DNA of 64,000 nt, from IMG/VR virus record IMGVR_UViG_2061766007_000786; one strand, written 5' to 3'. Of the stretch, positions 46,256 through 58,400 are shown one piece after another. Source of the stretch: an uncultured virus (IMG/VR IMGVR_UViG_2061766007_000786). Lineage: Duplodnaviria; Heunggongvirae; Uroviricota; Caudoviricetes. Every line of letters starts with the position of its first letter. The stretch's first letter is position 1. The translations under genes and the position numbers were made by a program. The notes beneath the pieces were generated by a model. The model was not told the DNA's origin. It did no database searches and saw only the letters and a list, made by a program, of their open reading frames with translations.

Positions 46256-47125
46256 TTATTTTTTAATATATTTTTTAATAAGATTTTTAACCGTTGTATT
46301 TACGCTGGATGTATTTTTCCATATTTCTCTAGTTGGCAAACCACGTGTTCCCGGTACATTAAATGCCAGCATAATATTATCGCCTAAATTTTTACACCAG
46401 TCGCCACAATCCTTATTTTCAAAAACTATAAATAAAGGATTTTTTGCGCAAATCAATACAATCTGGCCACTTGGCTTATAATTTCTATTATAAATGTCAA
46501 TATTAGGAATATCACGAGTAGGTCCATTCCATGGAGTATCTTCAGAAATATTTGGTCTATAAACAGCTTCATAACCATCCGGCAATTGTTTCTTAAATTC
46601 TTCATAGAGTTGTTCTGCTAATTCGCTAGATGTTATTTTTGTAGTATTTTGAATTTGATTTTCACTTGCTTTTTTAATATTATCCGCATTAAATTTTTCT
46701 ATGCCGTCTCGTACTAATCGGCCAAGAATTCTTACAATAACTTTAGCATTTTCTTCTGGAGTATCAGGCGCGATATTGAATATAGCAGTATGTTCGTTAT
46801 TATCGCATACTTGAATACGCATATAACTATGCTCAGCAGTGCATTCGTCTGCATCATATACGTCAACCCTGTATTTTCCGCCGACGGTAAAATCGAAAAT
46901 ACTAATCCATTTACTCATTAAACCACGGCATACCTCGACAGGGACATTTTGTTTTGCGCCTTCATTTTCCAATAAATCGCAGAATAAATTATAGATATCA
47001 AATTTTGAATATGTTTTATCCAGCCAATATTTATCGTCGAGCGGAATTTTACTCGAGATGCTATTTGCCATATCTTCATTTAATAAGTTGGCTGCTATAG
47101 CCATTACGCGTTCACTTAAATTCAT
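46256..47125 (-). CDS. AANLLNE-leader protein
   Basis: MNLSERVMAIAANLLNED; AAGGTGG RBS; CATAAATA on - strand at 47150-47157. Confidence 0.7.
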   Translation of the reverse strand: MNLSERVMAIAANLLNEDMANSISSKIPLDDKYWLDKTYSKFDIYNLFCDLLENEGAKQNVPVEVCRGLMSKWISIFDFTVGGKYRVDVYDADECTAEHSYMRIQVCDNNEHTAIFNIAPDTPEENAKVIVRILGRLVRDGIEKFNADNIKKASENQIQNTTKITSSELAEQLYEEFKKQLPDGYEAVYRPNISEDTPWNGPTRDIPNIDIYNRNYKPSGQIVLICAKNPLFIVFENKDCGDWCKNLGDNIMLAFNVPGTRGLPTREIWKNTSSVNTTVKNLIKKYIKK

Positions 47126-47229
47126 ATACCACCTTATTGATTTATAAAGTATTTATGCGGTTGATAAAGTTAAAATCTCTTAATTTTTATAAAAAATTTT
47201 TTTACAGCTATCCCTAGTATAAATATTAT

Positions 47230-48006
47230 ATGAAATTAAATGAAGCCCTGAAAATATTGAAAGAAAATAATTATCTAACTGAATTTTTACAGACTACTAG
47301 TCCTATCTCATCAAGCGTCGTTATTAAAAGCATAGCCAAAGAAGTAGAAAAAATAACCGGCGACAGATGCACATATACAGTAGATTTTCATGACGATGAA
47401 TCTGGTGAAGATTTTAGCTATAATTTAGTGTGTGATGGATTATTTGAAAACGGCGAATTGAAAGATGGCTTATTACTTAAAATATTACAATCGGCAAATA
47501 CGAAATTCCAATATAATTGCAGAATTTACGGTAAATATCCAGAAGAATCAAAAGTGACTATTTCAGTCTCGAACCTTAGCCCCAATGCAAAGTCAAATAC
47601 TTATAAATTTCCAATAGGTAACAGAATATTCGTTCATAATTCTAAAGTTTCTCCAGATATTATCATGAAAAGCGGTTTAAGATGTAAAGCCAATGATTAT
47701 TATGGAGAACCTAGGCTATATTTCATGTCGTATGAAAATTTTGACGGTTCATTGACAGATATTATTAAAGAATTGAAAACTCCTGAGGCTGATGGATTCT
47801 ATCCTTATGGTGAAAACAAATATTTAACAGTTTTACCAAAACATATCAAGGTAAGACATGATCCTGAAAATCCAGATGGCGAATGGTGTTACATCGTCGA
47901 AAACATTCCGCCACAAAATATATTGTATATAAGCGATGATATTAGCGTGGAAGAAGTTTTAGAATTCATTAAAAAGAAATATAAGCAATTTAATATAAAA
48001 GGATAG
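47230..48006 (+). CDS. 18-aa-leader protein with possible ART-fold C-terminal domain
   Basis: MKLNEALKILKENNYLTE; FVHNS...IMKSGL...PRLYF; TATAAATA at 47218-47225. Confidence 0.6.
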   Translation: MKLNEALKILKENNYLTEFLQTTSPISSSVVIKSIAKEVEKITGDRCTYTVDFHDDESGEDFSYNLVCDGLFENGELKDGLLLKILQSANTKFQYNCRIYGKYPEESKVTISVSNLSPNAKSNTYKFPIGNRIFVHNSKVSPDIIMKSGLRCKANDYYGEPRLYFMSYENFDGSLTDIIKELKTPEADGFYPYGENKYLTVLPKHIKVRHDPENPDGEWCYIVENIPPQNILYISDDISVEEVLEFIKKKYKQFNIKG

Positions 48007-48023
48007 CGATTGATACCTACGAT

Positions 48024-48058
48024 AAAGGGTTGACAGGTGTCAATCCTTTTTCTATATT
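48024..48058 (+). promoter_or_regulatory. Hairpin overlapping promoter TTGACA-N17-TATATT
   Basis: AAAGGGTTGACA GG TGTCAATCCTTT; -35 at 48030. Confidence 0.75.
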
Positions 48059-48065
48059 GTTTATC

Positions 48066-51000
48066 ATGAAAAAACTGTTAATTCTTATCGCACTATTCGT
48101 ATCGTTCATTCACGCTGACTGTAAGCCAATCGGCGTCGATGAAGCACAAGAGTTGAATCGCAATATGTCAGTGCTTTTGCCGTATAGCATGACTTTTACA
48201 AACGGTGTCGACTGCGAGCATGGCAAATTTTTGAATGGATATACGCATATACTTCAAGATCTCGATTTCTGTTTCGCATTAACTTACGAAGATAAGAAAA
48301 TGTCGATAATCATTAAAGTGCCGCCATCGAACAATATAATGGCCACCGCATATTTTGACGAATATGGCATGATTGTCAAACGTGAAAAATTTGACAAGAC
48401 GAAACTGAACTGTATTGACCTATATAATAAGTTTAAGCAACGATAAGAGAGGTTTACAATAATGTTTAACGCCTATTTATCGCGCCTGCCGTTTATCGAC
48501 TTGTTCGAGACGATATTTATGTATGCAATTATAGGCTTACTCCTTTATTTTATTGTCTCGCATGTGTTGTTTTCCATCTATAAATTTATAAAGAAAAATT
48601 TTTAATGCAGAAATTAGTAGAAAGACTTAAGAAGGCTTATTATCTTTTCAAGACCGATATGGTATATGTCGAATTCCCTGACCTGTATTCGTTCTATACC
48701 ATGCACCGCGACGGCAGGCGTTACCTGTTTACCAAGAAGGTACGCGACCGTTTGAACAGGAAACAAATTCCGTCGGTCGTATTGCAATGGGCCATAAAAT
48801 ACGGGTTGCAAATCAATAATACGGTAACGCTGACCGAACTGCCTTTCTGGTTTAACGGTCGCGATAAGTATCTAAGATATATGCCGATAACCGTCACTTT
48901 CGACAATCATTACTTGTATATTACGGATTTTAAGAAAACACCGAAAAATATTTTACAGAGGTATTATGCTTGATTTAATTTTCAGTATATCTTTTTGGAT
49001 TGCAAAGGTCAGCCTCGGATTATTCATCGGATGTGTCATTCTGACGTTCGTATACTATGGCGCGCTTATAACCGTCGTCGATCCGGTCTACTATATAATT
49101 AACAAGAAGCATCTGAAATCATGGAATGATATCTGGAAGGAAGCGCAAGATATATGGTCGCAACGCTGATTCGAACACTCACATAAGGTAAAGGCATAAT
49201 ATGGAAGACATTTTTGAAGTTTACGAACGAGAATACATTGAACGCCATGAAAGCGACAAGATGAAATTTAATAACATGCTTGTCGAGCTGAAGTCGAAAA
49301 AGAATATCCGGCTTGAAGAACCGTATATTAAGGAAGGTGTGCTTTATTATCCGTTCTTCGACAGCAATTTCGGGAATCACTACAGGTTCAAACTTTGCTT
49401 TGACCAATTCGGAATTATGTTCCCGAACAGGGTAATCGTCTTCAGCTTGCATAATGCATTCGGTGGTGGCTATATCTATGACCAGATTTATACGCTAACA
49501 GGAAAATCCGATTANNNNNNNNNNGTTCGGAATTATGTTCCCGAACAGGGTAATTGTCTTCAGCTTGCATAATGCATTCGGCGGTGGCTATATCTATGAC
49601 CAGATTTATACGCTGACAGGAAAATCCGATTATGAAAGGTTCGTAGATACGGCCAAGTACGTATGNNNNNNNNNNNNNNNNNNNNNNNNNNNCGCCAATC
49701 TTTTTTAATACCCATTTACGATTTAACCGGATTTTACTATATTTATCCATTATGAATGACGAAGAACTTACTTTAGAAACGTTTATCGAAGGTACTCTTG
49801 GCTTTATTAGCGTTATAGCGGCGATTATTGTCACGCTTAAGGTCATGTCTCTTATTCTGTCGCCGACGCCAGAATATAAGTCNNNNNNNNNNACCCTCTA
49901 CAGTTCAATTTCAACTTCTTTGATTAGCTTTATAAACTCGTTCTTACGTTCTGCATTAAGCCTATTCCATGATTGGTTTAAGTCCCATTCTGCATATTCA
50001 CGGCTGAATGCAATTCCTATATCAAAAATACGCTTATCTGGCAAAAGGATTAACGGAATATATAATTTCTTTTTGATCGGTTCATTTTCTGTCTGTTCTT
50101 CCATATTATTCATCCCAGTTATAGCNNNNNNNNNNCATATACGCTTCATAATTTTCATTAAATTGCGGATGCATATTCTGATACAGTTCTTCATCATCCG
50201 GTTTCAAATACTTCGGAGCTACTTTAGCCTTTTCCATCAAGTTCTTGAATCTGGTAAACTTACCGTTAAGAGATCTTTTCGGTTTATATACTTCGAGAGT
50301 TTTAAAGACCTGTTCAAACACTTTGCCCGTAACAGTAAATTTACTTGACCATTCACGGAATTTGTCAAGTCTGTTAGCCGGCATTTCTTTTAACGGCATA
50401 GTAGAAACACGCATCATATCCGGATTGTCATACGGATTCCACTTATCGATTGNNNNNNNNNNTGCCAATCTTTTTTAATACCCGTTTACGATTTAACCGG
50501 ATTTTACTATATTTATTTATTATGAATGACGAAGAACTTACTTTAGAATCGTTTATCGAAGGTACTCTTGGCTTTATTAGCGTTATAACGGCGATTATTG
50601 TTACGCTTAAGGTCATGTCTCTTATTCTGTCGCCGACGCCAGAATATAAGTCTACCTATATGACCAAGACACAGCCAACAACCAAGGCCGAGGTTGTTCA
50701 GACGGTAAACAACTCTATCAAGGAGCATAACCAGAAAATCGCCGAGACCAAGGAAATCGCCAAAGCCGGCAAGACTAAGCTGACCGTAAGGGCAGAACTC
50801 GGTGAAGGCAGCAATGTCAAGGAAGCCAGGCTCGAATTCCTGCTCGACAGCATTACCAATAAGGATATCGATTTTGCTCATGAAGCGATGTATGGTATCG
50901 TAACGAAAATGCAATAAGGAATATGTGATGCCATTATTTGTCTCTAAACAAGCACGTAAAGATTATTATACGCTTCGGCACATAATGGACAAGGCGGAAT

Positions 51001-53741
51001 TCCGAAACGACAGACCGATGATGGACTGGTGCGAACGGCATTTGGCACTTTTCCGGCCTATTCGGGAAATTAGATATAGCTATTTACTCCCTCAACATAG
51101 AAACTTGCCGTTCGAACAGCTTATCCCGAAACAGCCGCCGCTTATTACAAATGCCGCATGGCTATTACAAAAAGATTTAATTAAAAATAAAGGAAAATAA
51201 AAATGGTAATATTAATAAACTTGGTACTTTATATACTCATGTTCTTCAGCGCCGCCTTGTTTATCGGATTCGCATGTTATATATTTAAGGACAATATTGA
51301 TAGCATTTTCGATATCGTATTCGCCAGTGCAGTCGGTATTATCGGACTTATGTTGTGTATCTTCATTAGTATTGTCCTATATAAGGGGTTTACCGACAAA
51401 GTGGAATTTACGTTGAAAAACAAGGACGGCAAGGTAATTGAAAAGACTATCCGTCCGATTGAATATAGACATGATGGAAACTGTTTCATATTTGCGAACG
51501 ACTCGAATTATTATTGCGGATGGGAAATAAACTATCAATATAAATAGATGACCTATATATGACATTGAACAATAACGAACACAATATTTGGAAACAATAC
51601 TTCGATGGCAGGTTCGACAAAGACAGCATGCTCGAAGGTACAATCTGGTGCGGTGATAATATCGTTACAAGCGATGCTGGTGACGATGTTGCCGATATGG
51701 CTGACATGACCGAACTGGTCAATGCACTAAATGACGATAAGTTTAACCATGCGGTTTTCAATGATGCAAAGTATAACGACGCAGTTATCAGTTATGTCGA
51801 CAAGAACGGCAAAACAATATTATTAAATATTCGNNNNNNNNNNTTGGTGACGATGTTGCCGATATGGCTGACATGACCGAACTGGTCAAGGCGTTAAATG
51901 GCGATAAGTTTAACCATGCGGTTTTCAATGACGCTAAGTATAACGACGCCGTTATCAGTTATGTCGACAAGAACGGCAAAACAATATTATTAAATATTCG
52001 CGGCTGGGGATATCTTACAGGATATCTGAAATTAAGTGATGACACTGCCGTAGTCGTTCAGGACGCTCTTGGCGAATATATTGTTTCCTGCATGAAGAAG
52101 GTAAATGACAATGTTTGATTTTTTAAAAAAATCTTTTCCTACGTTAAAAAAAGAATCACCGTATTATGTTCAGGCGCTGGCTGGATTTATCGTAAAGCCG
52201 CATGATGAACATGAGCCTCTCGCCGGGCAAGACGTATTTCTCGGCGAATTTTTCATNNNNNNNNNNCGAACATGAGCCTCTCGCCGGGCAAGACGTATTT
52301 CTCGGCGAATTTTTCATCGGTCAAATCAATCGAATGCCGTCGAGCTACGATCCAGTCGAATCCAGTTATTATAGGGGTTTTTATCTTAACCCGTGTAACA
52401 ATACGAAAAAGGCGGCTGTCGACGAACTTTATGCGAGAGTCCAAAAATCCGTAGAAGACGAAACCAACTCACTATACGGATCGTCAGCACTGTGCATGGT
52501 CGATTCCGACATTGTTAACGAAATCTCGGAAAGCATGAAACAAATCAATGTTGTTACTGAGAAAGTTGAAAAAATTACGCAAATTAAGGTAGACAAGAAT
52601 GAAGTCGCTATGCAGTTCTTCAATGAATTGACCGATCTTATCTTTATTAATTTCCATCAACTTTTTGTAGAAATGCGTGAAAAAGATATTTTTTCAAGCG
52701 TCTATTTATATTACCATGATCGTCAGCGTAATACAATAGAAATCCGAACTGAAAAAGAAGGCTATCCGACAGAAAAGTATGTTACGCGTATCTATTTTTC
52801 CGATATAGCGTCTCGTACAATGTATGCGACCAACAGGAAGTGGCCAGATAGAGAAATCGGCAAATGTGCTTTTTCCGATGGATATGAAATGTACCCGGTC
52901 ATTGAAGATATACGATCGCATTATCAGAATATTAGCAATAAGAAGTTGTCAGATGACGAGCTAAAGAAAGCTATTATCAATGATATTGCAAAGCATACCG
53001 TTAAGAATATTAAAAACAGGGTAGATTCTTGCAACTGGGGAATTTTAGCTTCAGAGCGACAGTATAATATCCCGAAGGATGAGCATGGTCAAGAAAACTA
53101 ATATTGACGAAGATAATTATTTTTATATAAATGTTGACGAGCTTAAAACTGAGCCAGATCCGATTATACTCAGAAAACAGCAAAAAGAACAAATTAATAG
53201 CGCCGAACCGAAATCGTTAAAGCAGGTGCATAGGTCAATGCGCGACGATTTTTATTATAATATGGAAGAATGCCATCGTGCAGGTCACCCGCTTCCGGGT
53301 TTTGCCGGAGATTATTTCTCGTGGCTGGAAGACTACATCGAAGAACTTGAACGCCAGGTTGAAGAATTACAAAAAAATCCCGCACCCAAGAAAAAGAAAA
53401 TCATATACCGAGTAGAAGAACTGCTCGAGCATGACCTTAATACGGAGCACCGCGTCGTATATACCGGTACCGATGTCAAGGAAGCACGAAAGAGATGGAT
53501 GGAATATTTCCAGTTCTTTGATGAAACTGGCGATGAATATTATGTATTCCCGCCGGAGCATTCGGATAAGAAATATACTGGCCTCGAGTTGAAGCAAAAA
53601 TTCCTGGACTATTTCAACGAACATATCAATAACAATAAGTCGATTGACTTCTGTTGCGACTGCTCTGAATTTGCGGCCGATTACGGTCAAGATGTCGGCG
53701 ACGGAATGTGCGGTTGCAAGGTCGAAATTATTGTAGCATGA
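48066..53741 (+). other. Hypothetical ORF cluster with haplotype duplications (48066 secreted-like, 48605, 49201, 50522, 51203, 51559/51864, 52110-53101, 53079)
   Basis: ORF track; 49893-50125 is an inverted variant copy of 38561-38793; IRGWGYLTG motif at 51864. Confidence 0.65.
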
Positions 53742-54298
53742 AGAATAAGCTTTTTGTATTAAGCGCAGCAAGCGGTGCCGGAAAGACTACACTTAAGGAT
53801 ATAGTACTTAAGGATTTTCCTGATATCAAGTTTTCAGTGTCAGCCACGTCAAGACCGCCAAGAGAAGGCGAAATAGAAGGCATTCATTATTTTTTCAAAA
53901 CGAAAGAAGAATTCGAAAAACTAATCAGGGAAGACAAGCTTATCGAATGGAATATCGTGCACGGTAATTATTACGGAACGCCCAAAAGTTTCGTAGAAAA
54001 TACGTTGGCGCAGGGCAATAGGGTAATCTTTGTTCTGGATGTTTTCGGCAAGGTTAATTTCGACAAGGTATATCCTGAATCTACTGGTATATTCATTATG
54101 CCGCCGGATGAAGAAACTCTTGAAAAGCGACTTAGGAACCGCGGAACCGAAAGCGAGGAAATAATCCAGGTCAGACTGGCAAATGCCAAAAAAGAAATCG
54201 AGTTCGCAAAAAACTACGGAAAATACGAATACACGATTATCAACGACGACCTTGACCGTGCGGCGAATGAACTAAGGAATATTCTCAAAAAAGATTGA
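53738..54298 (+). CDS. gmk: Guanylate kinase
   Basis: SAASGAGKTT P-loop; SATSRPPREGEIEGIHYFF; GNYYGTP; LEKRLRNRGTES. Confidence 0.95.
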   Translation: MKNKLFVLSAASGAGKTTLKDIVLKDFPDIKFSVSATSRPPREGEIEGIHYFFKTKEEFEKLIREDKLIEWNIVHGNYYGTPKSFVENTLAQGNRVIFVLDVFGKVNFDKVYPESTGIFIMPPDEETLEKRLRNRGTESEEIIQVRLANAKKEIEFAKNYGKYEYTIINDDLDRAANELRNILKKD

Positions 54299-54323
54299 CA
54301 AATAATATAGTTTTTACTATATT
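54295..54323 (+). promoter_or_regulatory. Sigma70-like promoter
   Basis: TTGACA-N17-TATATT. Confidence 0.7.
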
Positions 54324-54704
54324 TAGATTATAACGATTGAATTGTTAACCATGATAAGGAGAAATAATGTTCAACGCTGAAGAATTTTGCGAAAAGAACT
54401 GCCCGGATATTAAGCATGTCTATGTCTTTGACCCAGTAGACGGAGTAAGCACAAAAGAATCGAAAAAGTATACCATCGTTAATACTAACCGGCTTAATGA
54501 CGTATATCTTATTATGCATGGCATGTTGACCATGTTTAAAAAAGAAGTATTGGCTAACTTATGTATTATCTTCTATAAGTTCGATACTATGTGTGTTGGC
54601 GACCCCGCTAAGGAACATACGCGTGATGAATTAGTGACCTATATAAAGACTACAATGTCAGACGACCTTAAGAAAGACGGCGTTCAATTTTTTTACGTAA
54701 ACGA

Positions 54705-55424
54705 ATGAATTATCTGCAACTTAATGACAAGGGCAAGCTCGGCAGCGATGAACTCAAGATAGCGTCTTATCTGGGTGAAGGCAATTATAAGGGCTTCTAT
54801 AAGAAGCACCTGTTACAGAACAAGATTAAACTGACAAAGGACGATTTCATCGCTGGTGAAATCCCGGTCATGTTTAACGCCATGAAAAAACTCGGCATTG
54901 AATATAGCCATGATGATTATCCGAAGTCGTTAGAGAAGTATCTTCATCGCAGAACCTGGGAAACAAAACTAGGCTATATGAAAGACAAGGTATTCAACGA
55001 CTATCTTGTAGATCCAGTATTCATCAAGCCTAAGGATAAGCTGAAAAAATTTACCGGGTTTGTTCTGTCTTCAAGAGATGATTGGCTTTTGACCCAGGGC
55101 GCAAGTGACGGAACGAATATTCTTTGCTCTGAACCGGTTAAATTCGTCTCGGAGTATCGTATTCCGGTCATAAACGGCGTTGTAAGGGACTATTGTCACT
55201 ACTTTAGTAATTCTATAATGGTAGACAAAAACGAGGTCCAGAAGATGGTTATGGACTATACGGATGCGCCCAGTGCGTATTGCCTGGATGTCGGAGTATT
55301 GGACACGGGTGAAACTGCCTTAATCGAAATCAATGACGCATTTAGCTGCGGTAGTTACACTATGAGCGATGAAGTATATTCCGAACTTCTTATTACAAGA
55401 TGGAATGAGTTAAAAAATGTTTAA
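54705..55424 (+). CDS. ATP-grasp protein (DUF4343/R2K-like)
   Basis: DYPKSL, FIKP...KKFTG, SEYR, AYCLDVG, LIEINDAFSCGSY. Confidence 0.8.
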   Translation: MNYLQLNDKGKLGSDELKIASYLGEGNYKGFYKKHLLQNKIKLTKDDFIAGEIPVMFNAMKKLGIEYSHDDYPKSLEKYLHRRTWETKLGYMKDKVFNDYLVDPVFIKPKDKLKKFTGFVLSSRDDWLLTQGASDGTNILCSEPVKFVSEYRIPVINGVVRDYCHYFSNSIMVDKNEVQKMVMDYTDAPSAYCLDVGVLDTGETALIEINDAFSCGSYTMSDEVYSELLITRWNELKNV

Positions 55425-55435
55425 AAGGAAAAATT

Positions 55436-58400
55436 ATGTTTAATTGGTTTAAGAAAACAGTAGTAAAAAATGATTGGGATGATAAAAAAATTAAGGTTAA
55501 TGGCGGTTATGAACCGTTTAATGCGCATTTTTTTGTAAATGTATCGCATAATATTTGCATTATTCCAAATTCCACTATTTTAGATCATTCAATTTTTAAA
55601 GACATTAAATATAATAAAGTTACTATTGGCAAAAAAACTAATTTTAGCGAAAACAAATATACTGTTAAAGAAGCGCTTGGTCTGTCAACAGAACTAGATG
55701 AATTATATTTACATAGTATATCTGCATATACAAATGAAGTAATTAGAAAAGCTAATGATATTGCAGAGTCGTTAGAAAATCTTAAGCGTAAATATGGAAC
55801 GCATGAAATTCTATTTAATAATGACTTTGTAAAAAAATCAATAGCTATTAATTCTTTTTCTAATATTAAAATTAAAATTCAGCCGTATAATATTGATAAT
55901 TATATCAACCTATTAAAAGAAAACGGATATACTAAATATATTGATGACTATAGAACGTATATTATTGATTGTATGGCTACTGAATTAATTGACCGTTGTA
56001 ATGGCGTTAAAGTTTTAAATAAGCCAGAATATAATCATCCTTCTGTACAGATTGCGTTGTATACTGATTGGATAGCTGGTAAAGAAGCAGAAATAGAAAG
56101 AAATAAAAAGAATACAGAATATAAGGCTATCATTGATGAAATTATTATTGCAAGAAATAAATTAAGCGAAAAGAAATCTAAAGACTAATTTCATATTATC
56201 AACATGCCAAGGATTAGCTAATGAAAAATTATAATCTATTTAAAGATTTTAAAATTGAACCGCCAGTTACTACTGATACTGGCATTCAATTAAAACGTGG
56301 ATTTTCTTTTACATACTATCTATATGGCGTGTATAAGATAATGGAAAATATCGATAGGTTTAATGGTTTAAATAACATTATTTCATTACGTGAAATGGTT
56401 GCAGCATATGACGGCTGGACTGGCGATCGACTACCGCATACATATCTGGATCGCTGCAATTTCATTTTGAATTTCAATTCTACTGCGGAACGTGATGCTG
56501 CAATTCCTGTATTGAAGAAACTGTGTAGAGAATTAAGAATACGTATTAGAACAGAACCATTTTTTACTGGAATAGATTTTGAGGATTTTTCACATATGGA
56601 TATCTTCCCATGCAGTGCATATAAGGAAACCAATGAATATAGGAAAAGATATAAATTTATGACAGCAGATGAAGTTATGCGTATGGAATTCTTTAAAGAA
56701 ATTCGTAAAGAACGAGAAGAAGAAAAGAAACAAATGGAAGAATATTTAAAATCCAAAAATGCAGGTTAATTAGGAGTTATATGGAAACATTTATAAAAAT
56801 TATTCTGGTTATCTTTCTACTTATTGTTATGCCGTTTCTTTATTTTCATAACGGTTACGAAAAAGCACTTGAAAGCAATAAGTGTCATGAAGTGAAACAC
56901 GATACCGTGTATGTCGTTCGACCTGATACAGTTATAAAGCACGACACGCTTTATATCTTGAAGCTTGAAAATGCTAGCAAATAAAGATTAGGGGTTGACA
57001 TATCGTCAACCTTTTTCTATATTAATGATAAAAATAAAGGATAAATAATGACCGTATTAATGTTTTTTGGCATATTAGTATGTTTAATTCTTGGAACTCT
57101 TATTGCATTTGGTACGTTTATGGATAATCATGATTATGATTGTGCATTTATGATATTACTCACCGGTATCATAGTTATAGTCGTATTTTGCAAGTTAACT
57201 CCGTCGATATATAAAATGGAAGAAAATACGTACCGAAATAGACTTGACAATAGACCCAGTTGCATGAATTCGAAACCTGAAGATATTCAATGCCTGGAAG
57301 ACTATAAGGAATGGCTAAAAGATTCTGCACATGCTGTAATAAAACTTAAAAGTCTTGATTCGCTTAGAAATGTCGTAAAAGGCGATATCAATAAAATACT
57401 GAACCAGCCAGCAGACACGACAAAGGAGAAAATTAATGAGTAGCGCACTGCATAATATGTATGACACCTTGCTTAACGATACTATCGAAGCGGCAAAAAA
57501 CGAAACGAACAAAGTTTATAAGCTTTATGACAGGCTTCTGGCTAAAGTCGATACGAATGATAATTTTACCATGAAAGCAATACAGCATGGCAAGCATAGT
57601 ATTACAAGTCTTTTTACTTTAAATGGCTTTACAAATTATTGCATGGCAGCCAATTTTCAGATTGACGAAAAGAAAATCAGTATCAAGATTATTGTAGACG
57701 AAACCGGCCTTGGCTTTAAGGAAATTGACCCGATTGCCGCGGAAGATAAGTCGGTTATTAAATATTATTGGCTCCATAAATCGGACTGCGACCAATCATG
57801 TGAAAAAATTGACGAAGAACTAGACGGCATTTTTGACAGTATCAAGGAAAATATCGAAGATCATCATAAACACATGACAAGAATAACGGTAGACCATGTT
57901 CTTACCGGGGATGAATTCGCTGTAAAAATTCAGAAACTGTTTCATCCGGATGACGGCGGCTACCTGTTTGTAGACCCGATTAGCTGGGAACAAGCTAACT
58001 ACTGGTTCTATGACAAGATTAAGAAAAACGTAGAAGCACATCCGTTAATCTGGAAATGGTTTTTTAAAATTTAATAAAAAGGAGAAATATGTCATTATTT
58101 ACATGGCTACATGATAAAAAATTCGAAAAGATCCAGGAAAAATTTAACTCGTTACGCCTTGACGACGGTCTTGCTGTTTCCGATTACTTTAAACTCGAAC
58201 TTATTCATGACGAAGATACGCATACATGCGATAGGATAATTGTCCAGTGGGTTGATAAGCTTATCCGCGGGGAAGATATCTCGATGAATATGGAAAAGTA
58301 TATAGTCAATCAACGAATTAACTGGCATTTTTTGACTCATTTTTCAGTCAACGGTATGATCAAATCGATTTATAACGATGTTAAAGCTGAATATGCAAAG

